NCBI RefSeq assembly: GCF_009914755.1
Contig: NC_060931.1
Direction: 5' to 3' (one strand)
Length of the DNA stretch: 64,000 nucleotides
From: the human T2T-CHM13v2.0 reference genome, Homo sapiens
The notes under the pieces were generated by a model. It was not told the origin of the DNA. It worked only from the letters and a program-made list of their open reading frames with translations, and ran no database searches. Position numbers and translations under genes: made by a program. Positions 1 through 16,198 of this stretch are shown here, in pieces. Within the stretch, counting starts at the first letter, position 1. Every line of letters starts with the position of its first letter.

Positions 1-110
1 TGAGAGGATGGCCTGAGCCCAGGAGTTCAAGGCTGCAGTGAGTTATGACTATGCCACTGTACTCCAGCCTGGGTGACAGAGCAAGACCCTGTCTCTAAAA
101 TAAAAAAAAA
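1..110 (+). mobile_element. Alu right arm (AluJ-like), cut by window edge
   Basis: GAGCCCAGGAGTTCAAGGCTGCAGTGAG...CTCCAGCCTGGGTGACAGAGCAAGACCCTGTCTC followed by an A tail. Confidence 0.9.
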
Positions 111-139
111 TTAATTAATTTAAAAAAGAATAACTTGCA

Positions 140-1080
<941 letters not shown>

Positions 1081-3049
1081 AAGCAAGGAGTTGTTTGGTT
1101 ATTGTACTTGTACTGAGGGAGAAAGGGGATATGAAAGGTCTGAGAATGTGGTTCCAAAGGCCTGAATATGCTCCATTTCCAGAGTGAACTGAGAACACTT
1201 AAGTTGGGGTTTTACCATGTGTGTGCTACTTGGCTTATAAGAAATGGGCTCAGCTCTGCACTTGAACATCAGGATAAATTGTTCCAGAGATGAAGAGCCA
1301 AGACACTATCAAGTTTCAATTGCTAGCTGAAACCCCTGATAACTGCTAGAAAAATAATATGCAATTATAGTCTAGAAACGTATATTATCAAGGCCACGGT
1401 GCTCTCAGAATGTAATAAATGAAATGTGGGTAACCACACATGTGGTAAAAATCCCAACCCCCAATGTGTATCACAGATGCCTCGTCACCCACAGGCACTG
1501 GGGAGGGAGGGAGGAAAAAACAGACGCTTCAAATTCAACACTGGCTGAACCGTGGATGAAGGGACAAAAAGCCAAGAAACGTTTTCTATGTTCTTTCCAG
1601 TTATGGTCTTCAAATGTCTATGCCCTGTAGGCTCTTGGGTGACTAGTAGAGAATTATAAGTAGACAAGCAAGTAAGAATACTTCTGCAGAGAGTAATGCA
1701 ATGACAAAATGTTGGTTTCTTCTTCTGTAATGTTCGTTATATCTAGAGTGGATTTTGGCACAGTGGAATGACACTAAGGCAGTAACTGTTGCCTCCTAGG
1801 GTTAGGGCATTGCATGGCCGTGTGCCTCTCCAACACCCAGAGGCTCCTCAACAAGTGACCTTGGGTCTTCAGCAAAATTGAGGACAGCGAGAGTTACATG
1901 CCAGGCATCCCTAAATAGAATATCCCCAGGGCCCTTACTCAAAGACGAAGGAACCATTTTAAAGGACTGTTAAAAGGACACAGTGCTCACATACATGGAA
2001 AATAGTGCTTCTGTCTGCAGACATACACTGAGTACTTCTTATGGGCTCAGCCTGGGAACACCTGCCGTGAGCCCTCCAGGCTACTAAGAGAGAAGGACAT
2101 GAAACAGAGTGTGAAAGCACAATCAATGCCAGCAGAGGGAAGCACTTCATGTGTCCAAGGAGCAAATGCTAGAAGTCACGGAAGGTTCTCAGAGGAGGTG
2201 ACCATCCACACATATCATATGGTCCAGGCACTTCACTCACAAAGGAAGCCAGAGGCCTCTATCTCCCAGCCCACCAAACTGCCAGACACCTCTGGCATGA
2301 CTTCTCTTTTGCTTGGTGTTTCCCCTTAATATTCACTTCAACCCGATTTCACCTGATTAGGAATTCTGGGGTCTTATGCTCACTTGTAAGGGAAGAAACA
2401 TGAGCCCACCTTATCCCTCACTGCTGGCTTCTGAGCAGTACTTGAACACGGGCCCCAGGGAGCAGGGTGCCTCAAGGAAAGCCCCCCAAAAACGAATTCT
2501 CCTGGTGTCTCTGAGTCTTTATGTCCCTGAAAACAATTCCCTATTTTGGCAGTCACGAACTAGTTTCTCCCCTGTACATGCGCTGTCTCCTGCTGCAGGG
2601 GGCAAAATAAGTAAAATCTACAGAGGGGCTTCTCATCTCCCCTCCTCATCAGGCCAGGCTAACCCACCCACTCAGAACCCCTGCCTGTCCCCGAACCTCA
2701 TCTGGGACTTATGGAACAAGATTTTTATTAAACGGTGACAAAGATGAAAAGTAAAATATCAGAGACACACAGAGAGTGAGCCACAGATCTGAGAAAACAG
2801 CTGCATATGAAAGGATTAGAAAATAAATGAAAAAAGTAACTCAAAGGATTTAGAATCCATTTTGGGTGCACTGAAAGAAAATCCCCCCAGTATTGGGAGA
2901 ACAGATCCAGGTTCAAACCTGGGCGATAAGGAGGTTCCATCCTCTTCTGGTTGCCTCATTAGGTGGTACCTTGAGGTTTATAATTTTTTTTAGTCACCAC
3001 TTTGTAGGATGATGCTTCTTGAAAGAAAAGAAAAGTGAAGTCTGGGACC

Positions 3050-3146
3050 ACGTGCACTGGGATCACCTGAGAGGCTGCTAAAAATGCTGTTTCCTGGGTC
3101 CCCAGTGATTCTTAAGCATTCTGAAGTCTGAGAACCACAGAACTAG
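3050..3146. mobile_element. MER5-like hAT DNA transposon fragment
   Basis: GATCACCTGAGAGGCTGCTAAAAATGC...AAGTCTGAGAACCACAG resembles MER5 termini. Confidence 0.55.
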
Positions 3147-3329
3147 GTACTTCATCATTCCTAAGTGGTTGCATTACCCATGCTAAATCACTCCTTTAAA
3201 TTGCTGTTTAAAATTTAAAGAAGACACTAGTGGCTAAATTGATTCTTTTAGAAATGGTTAGATTCTAACAGGAGTGATTGTACAGTCACATTGTGACCAA
3301 TTTTAAATGATGTAAAATTTACAGGTTGA

Positions 3330-3868
3330 AGCCAGAAGGATCTTTTCAAAGCATAAATCAGATCACGTCACTCCCTTGGGTAAAACTCTTCAGTCACTTC
3401 CCTTTGCCCTTTTGATAAAAGCTCAGCCCCATGATCCCAATCAGGCCTCCTCTCCAGTCTAATCCACGCTGGAGTGCTCCCTGCCTCAGGCACTCTGCTC
3501 CCCAGTTCCTGCAACATCCAAGGTCAGCCTTTTACACAGCCTTCATGTGCTAGTTGTCTGTACCCAGTAAAATTCTTTCACCCTCCTCCCTGACCTCCCT
3601 GACTACATTAATCTCCCTGTTGTAGGCGCCCTGAGCATCAGTAACTCCCCCTTCAACAGCCCTTAGCAGAGTTTAAACATCACACTTATTTGTGTGATCC
3701 TTTGATCAATGCAAACTTCCTCCTCTAATGTATAAGCAGCCCAGCCCATGAAATCAACAGGCCTATTTTTCTCTTGGAAGGAGGCTCACCATTGTTTATG
3801 GATCACCTAGTACACCACATGGTACACAGCAGGCGCTCAATAAATATTTGTGAATTAACAAATGAATA
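3330..3868 (+). mobile_element. L2 LINE 3' fragment
   Basis: Ends in the typical L2 tail CAGCAGGCGCTCAATAAATATTTGTGAATTAACAAATGAAT. Confidence 0.8.
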
Positions 3869-3873
3869 TTTCC

Positions 3874-3998
3874 GTTTGGTCCAAGTGCCGAGGTGTTTAC
3901 AACTAATTGATCTTAACCATTTACAGATTTCTTTGTTCCTTCTCCACTCCCACTACTTCACTTGACTAGCCTTGAAAAAGAAAAAGAAGAAAAATAAA
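3874..3998 (+). pseudogene. Y3 RNA (RNY3) processed pseudogene
   Basis: 3874-3973 matches hY3 at about 91/100 nt by my hand alignment (GGTGTTTACAACTAATTGATC...CTTCACTTGACTAGCCTT), then an A-rich tail; TSD GAATATTTCC at 3864-3873 and 3999-4008. Confidence 0.93.
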
Positions 3999-6261
3999 GA
4001 ATATTTCCAAATCAAATGCTGGAACAAATCCAGGCACACAGTAGCAATTAAGAATTTAAAATACTCCCATCCCTTTCCTGAAAGTTAAAGGCAGCAGTCT
4101 CTTCCCAGCCAAGGACTAAAGTCCTAGGGTGGTTTCCACCCCCTGCATACGATCCAATACTCTTCAAAGCACTTATCACTTCTAATGGATGGACCAAACT
4201 ATTCCTAATACAACTTCTGGATTTCGAAAGGGTGAAACTCAACATTAAAACTACTGTTATGCCATTTCTCTGTGCCTTGCTTTGATCTAGTCATAAAAAA
4301 TTGTCTTAAAGATATATGTTGAGATAAAAACAAATCTGAGAATTTTCACAACTTCTTGTATTTTCAGACACCCTCATCTGCCTGTCTTATCATTCCCAGG
4401 TCCAGACGCCGAGTCTCAGACTGTTTCATTACACACTTGCACATGCTAGAATGGTTAGCAACACATTTGAAAAGATTCAACATGGCCCTAAACCAGTTGA
4501 CAATAATTATATGACAACGCTTATGACTGGAAGGATGTCTCACTGGGTATTTAAAGGAATCTCTATTACACGCTCTTCTCTCTACCATCCTCAGCCACAG
4601 CTGGGGTAATGGTTTGCTGCCCCGACGGTGCTCTTTTACACACTCCTGAGGCAGCAAATCATTCGCCATCCTTCACCAAGTAGCTCAACTCAACACAATG
4701 ATCCAGTGTAGCAGGTTCAACTGAGGCAAAAGTGATGAAAACTTGGCAGCAGGGGTATGTACCATATGGTATGCTGCAGAAAAGAGGGTATGGTTTTGAG
4801 TCTATGTGAAGTTGGGCAGCCAGCTTCCCTGACACCTGAATTCCCTCATCTGTAAAATGGGTACATGTTTGAAATCACTTTTAAGCTGCTAGATATTTTG
4901 GTAAGAACATAACTCTCCAGTGAGTTACTGTAGATCTGTATTTCATTATCTAAGTCTTCTTATGGGTCTTTAAACATATATTTACCATTGGATTCTATTT
5001 CAAGGTACACACCAATCCTGATATATAGAAAAGAGGCGTTGCTACACAGCGGACACTGTAGTTGCTGAATAACCCATGTTTACCACTCTCCTAGGTAAAA
5101 TAAAGTGACCAGAAATTTTTCACACTGAAGACTGTATATTTGTCAGGTCCAATGAAGATATGCATACAGCCATTAGACAAGTGATTTTCATGACTATAGT
5201 AATGGAAGTCAAGGTGGAGACCAAAAGTTATCACTTTCAAAGCACTAATTTGGAGAAGCAGTTTCTGTTTGGCACATGGCTCTCTGACACCCATACTTCT
5301 ATCCAGGGCATTTTAGTGTCTAGATGAAGGTTTCTCTCTTTTCAACCCACTCCTTAAAAGCTGTTACTAAGTGACTGTTTAATGGGTACATGAGCTACTG
5401 CTTAATGAGCTGGTGTGCCTGTAAGCTAGTTGCTGCCTTTCTGAAGAAGCAATAAGTAGAAAAAGCACCCAAACAAACCGGCCACATCCAGAGAGAGCGA
5501 TTGGAAATGGAAGCAGGTGGCTTCCACTTAGGTGGCCATAAAATGAATTGTCCAACCCACTGCACTTGGAAAGTGAAAGCTGGTGTAATTGAACGTGCTG
5601 GGACAATGGGGCCACACTGGGTCTGTACACTTGGGACTACAGACATTCTTCTTTTATTTTTCTATTTTTATTCCCAGGATAATTTCTAATCTGGTTGACA
5701 GCTTGATCATCTGGCTCAGATTAAAGAAGAAAATTTAACAATTTACAACCACCCACCTGCCAATGAACATTTCAACAGTCCCCTACTTGGTGGAAGGTTC
5801 CAAACGATTGAAAAAGGGACATTTCCAAAGCATGAATGGACCCATTGAACCTCCTTTATATGCAACATAATCATATGAAACCCAGTTCAACTGAATGAAA
5901 TTCCTGACAATTGCTCCTTCACTGTTACTCCAATGACATGGGGTTTCTCCCAGGGCCCCTGTGCACCCTTGGACAAATGCAAACAACCTCAAAAGCTGGA
6001 ATCAAGAAAAGGGAAAGAGCTCCAATGGAGCCATCTCCATTCTCTCCCCTCAAAGTAAAAAAAAATTAATAATACAATAAAACAGTAAAATCTCAGGTTA
6101 GTTCAAATGGAACTGGGGATACACATTAGAAGAGCTTTCATTTGAGGACCCTAAATTGCTAACTTCAGTCATTACATCAGTTATTTTAATTCACAGTCAA
6201 TCATAACTCATCCCCGTCTGTATTTTAACAGTTGGTACTTCTCCTGTACTGGTTTAAGTTT

Positions 6262-6570
6262 CATTTTTAATTAACAAATAGTAATCATTCATATTTATGA
6301 GGTACAATTGGACGTATTGATACATGTATACCTAAGGAATGATCAAATCAGGCTAATGAACATATCTATCACTTCAAATATTTAGCATTCCTTTGTGGTG
6401 GGAACATTTAAAATCCCCTCTTTTAGCTGTTTTGAAATATACAATATATAATTATTAACTATTGCCACCATGCTGTGTAATAAAATCACCAGAACTTATT
6501 CCTCCTGTCTGACTGAAACTTTCTATCTGGGTTTGACCAACATCTCCTCTTTCCCTGCCAACCCCACCTT
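6262..6570 (-). mobile_element. L1MA-type 3' UTR fragment
   Basis: TTTTGAAATATACAATATATAATTATTAACTATTGCCACCATGCTGTGTAATA...CTTATTCCTCCTGTCTGACTGAAACTTT. Confidence 0.8.
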
Positions 6571-6739
6571 TCCTCTTGTTTTCTTGAAGAAAAGACATAT
6601 AAAGCAAACTAATTCTAGTCAAGACTTTAGGAGCAGTTACCTAGGTCACTTGAAGAAAATTAAATACAAAATGCATCTCTTTTTATGATTTCAGCAAGAT
6701 AGTTTAATAAAGAACCTGAATATAGAAACTACTGAATCG

Positions 6740-8020
<1,281 letters not shown>

Positions 8021-8594
8021 ATCAGGGCTATAAGCCCAGCAATAGTTTAGCTTGAAAATATTTATATACATTTTAAGGATAAGCTCAACATCTGTTTTTA
8101 AAATATACTACAATTAATAAATAAAGCTTTACTGTGCTTCTCTCATATAAACCCAAGCAAATGTTTCCCAAAAACCTTCAGTTGGAGAATGGACAGTAAT
8201 TGAGAAAGTAGTTCTAATGAGTCAAAGTCGCTTCCTGGCAGTGGAGTAAGCCTAGAGATGATGGAAACATATTCATTCCTTGACAAAATGTTTAATTTCA
8301 TGTGATTTGTGCTGACTTACTATAAAAGTGACAGCACTGGAGAAAACAGGATTTAGCAGCTGATATAATTGTTTCTTTGCTTCTAAAGGCCTTTCATTAT
8401 TAGAGCTGCATGGGTGTGTGTGTGTGTGTGTGTCTTTCTCTCACACACACATATATGTACAAAGCACTTATTATTTAATATATCAAAGAATCGGTCCCAC
8501 TCCCCCAAACCAAAATTTCTGAGTAGTGGTCACTTCCCAGAGTGGCCCACAATTGGAATAACTGAGGCACAAGTCCACTATAAAAAAATCTAGG

Positions 8595-8890
<296 letters not shown>

Positions 8891-8920
8891 AAGAAAAGAA
8901 AAAGAAAGAAAAAACAAAGA

Positions 8921-9207
<287 letters not shown>

Positions 9208-10462
9208 TAAAAAAATCTAGGAAACTGTGGGGTGGGGAGAGTTGGAGGGGTGGACGGGAGTCAAATAAAAACCAGCCTTACTGAGTGTTATTGGAATTCA
9301 CTCCTCACTTGACCAAAAATGAGCAATCTGACCAAACTCCTCCACTAGCTCTACCTCCCAAGCCACATGCTTTCTGAGGGCCAAGGGTAAAGCCAGCTGT
9401 GGTTACGCATTTGGGCTAAAGAGACCAAAAACAAAAAAAAAATTATTTTGAAATGGATTACTCTTCAAAATTAAGGGTAATTGTGTGTAGCAGCCTGGAA
9501 AATACAGCTCATCCAGCTCTGCCACTGAACCCCACAGCACAAAACTCTGGCGTTCTAAATGCAATTCTGAACTGAAAAAAAAAAAAAGACACAAAGGGCG
9601 GAAGGAAGGGTGGAGGGTTGCTATAGGGCTGGTGAACTGTAAGAAGGCGGCTGCCTAGGGGAGTCATAGCTAGTCTATAACCCAGCAATATTTCTACGGC
9701 ACTTAAGCCACTCGATGGTGTTCTGGACTACGACAGCAGCCAAGCAGAGAAGGTAAATAAAAGGCTGACAGATAATTACATAAGAAAGTTAACATGGCAA
9801 GATTAGGACAGAAATCTAATATACAAAGTGGGAAAGGACTTCGCATAAAGCAGTACCTTGAAGGCTTCTCCCTGACCTGCTACAATGTCCTGGTCGCACT
9901 AATGGAATATCAATAACCATTACTATCCAACTAGTCAAGGTGGATTTGACAAGCAAAGGAGGAGGCACTGAACTCACTTAACTCATTCCCACACAGACAT
10001 TTCCTTTGTCTTGTGACAAAGGCCTCTGAACAAGCCAAGCTGAGCTTTGCTACCCACCTTCCTCATTTCATTTATCTTATTGCCATTATGTAAAGGTTAC
10101 AGTTAAGGCAGTAACCAGTGGTCAGAATTCAAAACGTTGTTAAGAAACTGAGACAAAAACTCACTAGTTACAGTGTTTTTCAGCCACAGGTACTAGGAAG
10201 AAACATGCATGGAAAGGAAACTTGAAAAACATTTGGATTAGAGAAACAACTGCAGTATAAGAGAGAAGAGAGCTAGAAAGGAAACTTGGAGAGCTGGAGG
10301 AAAGAAATGAACATAAAGGGTGAGCCCTCTCATTTATTAATACACCACCTTAGACTCTAAGGAATAACCAGTAAGGAGAAAACTGGGGCACTTATAACTG
10401 CTGTTGAAAGTCTAGACTATCTGATAACACACAACTGGTCTCACTAACACAGGAAGACAAAG

Positions 10463-10670
10463 CAGCAGTTCTCAGCTTGGGGACAGGAAAATTGATAGGA
10501 CAATCTGCAATACCTGGAGACATCTGGGGTTGTCACAAACGACTAATGTACTGGCATTAGTGAACAGAGGCCAGGGAAGGCAGTAAACATTCGACAGTAC
10601 ACAGGACAGCCCTTACAACAAAGGATTATCCAGCCCGAAATGTCAATAGCACTGAGGCTGACACTGCCTG
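10463..10670 (+). mobile_element. MER20 hAT-Charlie DNA transposon
   Basis: CAGTTCTCAGC...GGAGACATCTGGGGTTGTCACAA...ACAACAAAGGATTATCCAGCCCGAAATGTCAATAGCACTGAGG. Confidence 0.85.
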
Positions 10671-12345
10671 AAATAATGGGTCAGTAAAATGGCCAACAGC
10701 CTACAAGTAGAAAAAGAACCGTACAAGTAGCCTCAGCATCGCCCAAAGGAGAAACCATCACGGTCAAAGGACTCCAGTCTCTGGTTTTCTTAGTTGGTAT
10801 GAATCTATCAACAAGAGAATTAGCAAAAGTTATGAGGAGCTGGAAAACACTGTCAAGTATATTCCCCTTCCAACTGGTTCCTTCCCAGGTGGTTCCATGC
10901 TTTTGCCTTCACCATGACTCATCCACAGAGGAAAAATGTTGGCTAAAGAATAAACGCCCATTCTTCTTGGCAAATACTGTTCTCATTTTTTATTAATAAA
11001 TTGCATTCTAGCTCATATGCTTCAATATCATGAGGTTGGCTGATGGACATACTGTCCCTGAGAGAAGAATCCATTGACTCTCAAAACTAAGGTCAACTTT
11101 AGAATGAGATACCCAAAGAGAGGGATTGACTCTGAAGAACTAGGACTCAGTGGCAGCATTGACATCCCTGGATACCATGGCAACCCAGGGCACATCCATC
11201 TGCAGGACATACAGGAGTGAAGAGCCTCTCTGGACACCACTGCAGCATAGCTCCACATGGCATCCTGGCCTCAGAGGCTGGCAAGTCCAGTGAACCAACA
11301 AAAGAAGGAACTAACCAGTGCAGACATCATGGTGCAGGAGAAAGAAACAACGCAGTAAAACGAGTCAGAAAAGTTGGGTTTAAGGCTCAGATGCACTCTC
11401 TAAGTATGCTTGTGACATTTCATTCCTCCAAGCCACATCTGTAAAATGGGATAACAATACTATTCTGACTGTTCTCCATCATTTCCAAAACAGCATCCCC
11501 AGAGGAAGGGTGTGTCAGGCCACAGAGAAAAATGTCGCATTGATCCTATGACTCCACCTCCACTGAGAGAATGCTTTATAGGGCTTACCTGATTTTCATT
11601 CCCTCAAACCACCATTCCCTATCCAGAGTACAACCCACTGAACACATCTCAGTCCTTAGTCCAGCAAGTTGTGCCTCTCCAGTGTTTTCTACTGAGGAAA
11701 GTTTTGTTTTCTACCTTAACTGTTAGAACTAAAACAGTCAAAACTGTAGCCTCAATTCCTAAAATTGAAGTTCCAATAATAATTCTGTTCAGATTCTGGA
11801 AATCAGTGTTTGTGGGGGCCCGGAACACTGAGAATCGTCTCCTTCTATTTATACATGTGACTAATTTCTCGACTCAGCACTATGCCAGTTTGTTACTGTA
11901 GTTAATTCTCTTTGATGAGCTAGCATTCCTTCTCCCACACGTATTCCTATCTGATACTTAACTGTTCACCCCACCTTAGGCCAATGACCAAATTCTGCTC
12001 GTACCGTACCTGCACTTATATTGTAACAGGTTAGAAAATACAGCACTAAGACACAAGTAGTTAATGTAATCAGGAATCATGATATGGCTTTGCAGGCTTT
12101 AGTTCTGGCTAATATAGATAAGTTCCAATTGTTAACACTCAAACAACCCAAATTATCCAGGGAAATAAGCATTGCAACCAGTGTGTGCATTGTACATGCA
12201 GGCTGGCTTTGCTGAACCTAAAAATGCTGTGCTGGCATACTGGAAGGCTTTCATGGCCACACACATGGTCCTGGGAGCCACACCCTGTGGAATGACTGGC
12301 CTTCATGATCCTTTTATTATGGACAGTGCAGAAGTTCTCAGACTC

Positions 12346-12550
12346 TTTTTTTAAAGAGATGGGGTCTTTTTCTGTCCCCCAACCTGGAGCACCGTGGTGA
12401 GATCACAGCTCACTGCAGCCTCAGACTCCTGGACTCAAGCCATTCTCTTGCCTCAGCCTACCAAGTAGCTGGGACTACAGGTGCATGCCATCATACCCAG
12501 CTAATTTTTTAACTTTTGAGAGATGTGGTCTCGCTATGTTGCCCAGGCTG
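12346..12550 (-). mobile_element. Truncated AluJ
   Basis: GATCACAGCTCACTGCAGCCTCAGACTCCTGGACTCAAGC; left arm truncated. Confidence 0.85.
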
Positions 12551-12915
12551 AGTTGTCAGCCTTTGACTTTCTTCTTTGGATAGCCAATCCAAGCCCAGGT
12601 CAGCTAAAATGCTTCACCTAATCATGCATCCCAGCAGTGTGGCTGCCTCCAGAAGAGATTACAACTGTCTTTGTAATTAGAATCATTCATGTGGGGAACA
12701 CTAGATGTAAAATATGAAAGGAGAAGTTGAGCAGAGTAAATTTCCAAAGACCTCAAAAGTTCTAAACTAAAACTTGGTGAGAAAAGGGGATAGTCTGTCG
12801 ATTTTATTCTAAGTAAGGTTAAAGAGTTATTGCAAAGGGAGCTACTGCCTTTCTGCATCACTAAAGTGAAAAGCATGTCACTTGAGTTTCTAGTTCCTCC
12901 AAGATGGCAGCATGA

Positions 12916-13245
<330 letters not shown>

Positions 13246-14619
13246 AATAGTAGCATTTTGAAAAGTTAAGTCAATAGCCGACAGAACTGCATCTGGTTCA
13301 ACATTTGGAAATAGCATCTCCTGCAGGGGGTTAAACCAACAGTATTTTGTTAAAAGGAGATAGCTAAGTATTTCTTGTAGCCCTCTAGAACGTCATCATC
13401 AGAATCCCTGGCAAGTTGGTTAAAAATGTAGTTTTCCCCAGAATTATTGAAACAGGCTTTTTAAAATCGTTACCTACACTGAGCAATACTTTGACATTAA
13501 GACTGGGTGTCTGTTTTATGAAATGCTGTTTTCCACACCACTCTTCTCTTTCACATTTTAAACTGCTGGTCTTGGCCTACTAAAGTGATATCATGATCCG
13601 CTCATGGGTTACAGCCGTAAGCTTAAAAAGCACTTCTCTGGTTGACTAGAAGGAACCAGAACTAAAGTTGCACAATTAGTAGCAAACACTCCAGGCTTTG
13701 TGATGCAGAGAGGGTTTCTTAATCCACCACGTTTTCCAGATTCAACAGAATGTCTTATAAACCAAACTATCTACTTGGATGGTTTCAGGCACCAAAAAGT
13801 GGTTACAAGCTTGAGTTACAAACCTTAATTGTATCCACTGTCTTAGATCTGGAAGGGAAATGTTACCTCCATAGGAATGATCACCTTTAACCCTTGAGCA
13901 TTAGGCAACCTGATGAAGTAAGCACAGTGTGTGATCAGGTGAGCTCCTTGCCTCACCCCCAGCCACATCCTTCAGCAAAGGCTTCAAAGCCCTTTCCCCA
14001 CCCGCCCCACCCACTCACACCAAACACCCAAAGGGGTTAAATTACTTTGAAACACTCAAGAGTTAGCTTCTTTTCAATATAGTAATTTAGTAAATGTTCA
14101 AGACTTAGCTGCACCTGCAGAACACCTTAATGTTTTCTCACTTTTATTTTTCTTCTCCTAGGCATTTCTCATCTCCCCTGCATCTGCCACACAGCCTCCC
14201 TTACAGCCTCCTGTCTTCACTTCCATATTGTAGGAGAGCAGAATGGGACACAGTAGATGCCTCTGACTTCAATCCCCTTACAATCATGCCCTTCCTCCTA
14301 GGCTAAAGCAACACAGACTTCTTTAAAAGACCTTCTCCAAGGAGAGTGATGAAACACCAGATCTGGAATGGTTATGTGTCATTAAGTGTACTGGTTATCT
14401 AATCTCCCAAGGAATCACCTCTCTGTTCCTTTCTTCAGGCAGAAAAAGGGAGGAGTCTACTCAAGGCAGAACAGAGTCTAAAAGAAGAGTGGCCTGGCAT
14501 GGGGGAAAGGACAGCGAAAAAAGCAAAAGCCCATTACCTGGGCTTCTCACTTGCACTAATGCTGCAACATTTTCCTGGTATATTTCCCTGGTGGATCTCT
14601 CCCAGTATAGCCACCTCTC

Positions 14620-15040
14620 ATTTAGTCAGTCAACAAACACTTATTGAGCACCGACATCATGCTAAGAATCCATCCAGGTTCTGGAGCTGTAAACAAGACA
14701 AGGTAGTCACTACCCTCATGGAACTTCTGCTCTAACAGGGAGAGAGACAATACTCAAAATACACCAATGACTGTATAATGCCAGGGAGTAAAAGGTACTA
14801 AGACAAAAAACTGAGTAACATAAGAGGCCCAGGGAGTGTCTGGCTGCTATTTTATATGGGGTAGCCAGGGAAGGCCCCCTATAAGCTGACAACTGGACAG
14901 AGACCTGAAAGAAGCAGGGGAAGTGAGTCATCTGGACATGTGGGAGAAAAGCTCCTCCTGTAATATCATGGGCAAAGGCCCTAGGGAGAGAACTCAGTGA
15001 AAAAGAAGAATGTAAGACGGTGAGGGTGCCTGCAGTTACC
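14620..15040 (-). mobile_element. L2 fragment
   Basis: CATTTAGTCAGTCAACAAACACTTATTGAGCACCGAC (reverse of L2 tail). Confidence 0.75.
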
Positions 15041-16031
15041 AAGGACAGTAAGCATGACCATCACTAGAACTGCCCATCTTCTTGCCCAATGACTGCTCCA
15101 GGCCCTGAGTTTCCCCAGACTCCCATCCGGGTCTGCCTCCGAGCCTGCCCCTCCCTGATACCTACCATACTTCTTGTTCTCCAGTTCAGTACCCTCCTGA
15201 CACAACCCCTCCCCAAGAGTCCCAGCAGTCCAGGTCATTTTCTCAAAATTTACCAACCTAATAAAAACAAACAAAACAGAGTAGAAACAAGGCAGCATGC
15301 ACATTTAACCACAGCCTTCCAGAGATAGGAAATGTACAATAATAAAGAGTAAAGCTTCAAAAGGTCAGCTATAAGAAAAATTAAAAATATGTGATGTTTC
15401 TGCAGGGGATCTGGCCTCCTAACTTACCATTATTTTCCCCCAGATCTGTAAATTATGGGACATTAATGCTTGAAACAACCTTGGAAAGTAGGCATGGAGG
15501 TGAGATAATATGAGAACCCTGGCCAGAGGAGACCCCAATAATAGCTGCTGCCGGTTTTTGCAATCTCAAAGTGATTCTGAGAAGGATTATATCCCTCTAT
15601 GTCCCAAAGTTGCTCGCAGGGTTTTGGTGTGTAAATACAGGTCATTAATTACTTTTATAAAAGCAAAAGAGAAACACTCAGATATTCTTCCATAGCTTCA
15701 TCCCCAAGTCACTGGCAGCGCCCAACAGGAAGCCTCCGCTTCTGGAGGCCTCAACCCGTCTTAGATTATCTGAAATCTTAACCATAACGAATTAGGCCCG
15801 AATCATTCAAGGCCAGCGGTGTTGGGAAGCCCATGATCCAGCGCGGGGGGCATCCCAAATATATTCACTGAGTCTCGGGAGCCGTCCAGGGACTCTCAGA
15901 GCTGGGTCACTACCTGGGACCAAGCCTGAGGCTGGTCCTTTAGGTCAAGGCAGGTCCCGACCCGCCTCCAACTTCAAATGGCCCCCTAGGCGGGAGAGGG
16001 TCACTGGGCGGGGAGTTCCTGGCTGTGCGGT

Positions 16032-16137
16032 CACACACACACACACCGACTCACACACACACCCACAACACCCCCCCCACACACACACACTCACACACAC
16101 ACCGACGACACACCACACACACATACATACGCGCGCG

Positions 16138-16179
<42 letters not shown>

Positions 16180-16198
16180 CGCCTCGCGCGCGCTCGCG
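16032..16198. repeat. Compound (CA)n/(CG)n microsatellite
   Basis: ACACACAC...ACGCGCGCGCGCACACACCACACAC...CGCGCGCG. Confidence 0.95.

Noticed and set aside
8413-8452. (TG)n...(CA)n fold-back resembling a pre-miRNA
   Set aside because: Simple-repeat complementarity with a stem too short and low in complexity
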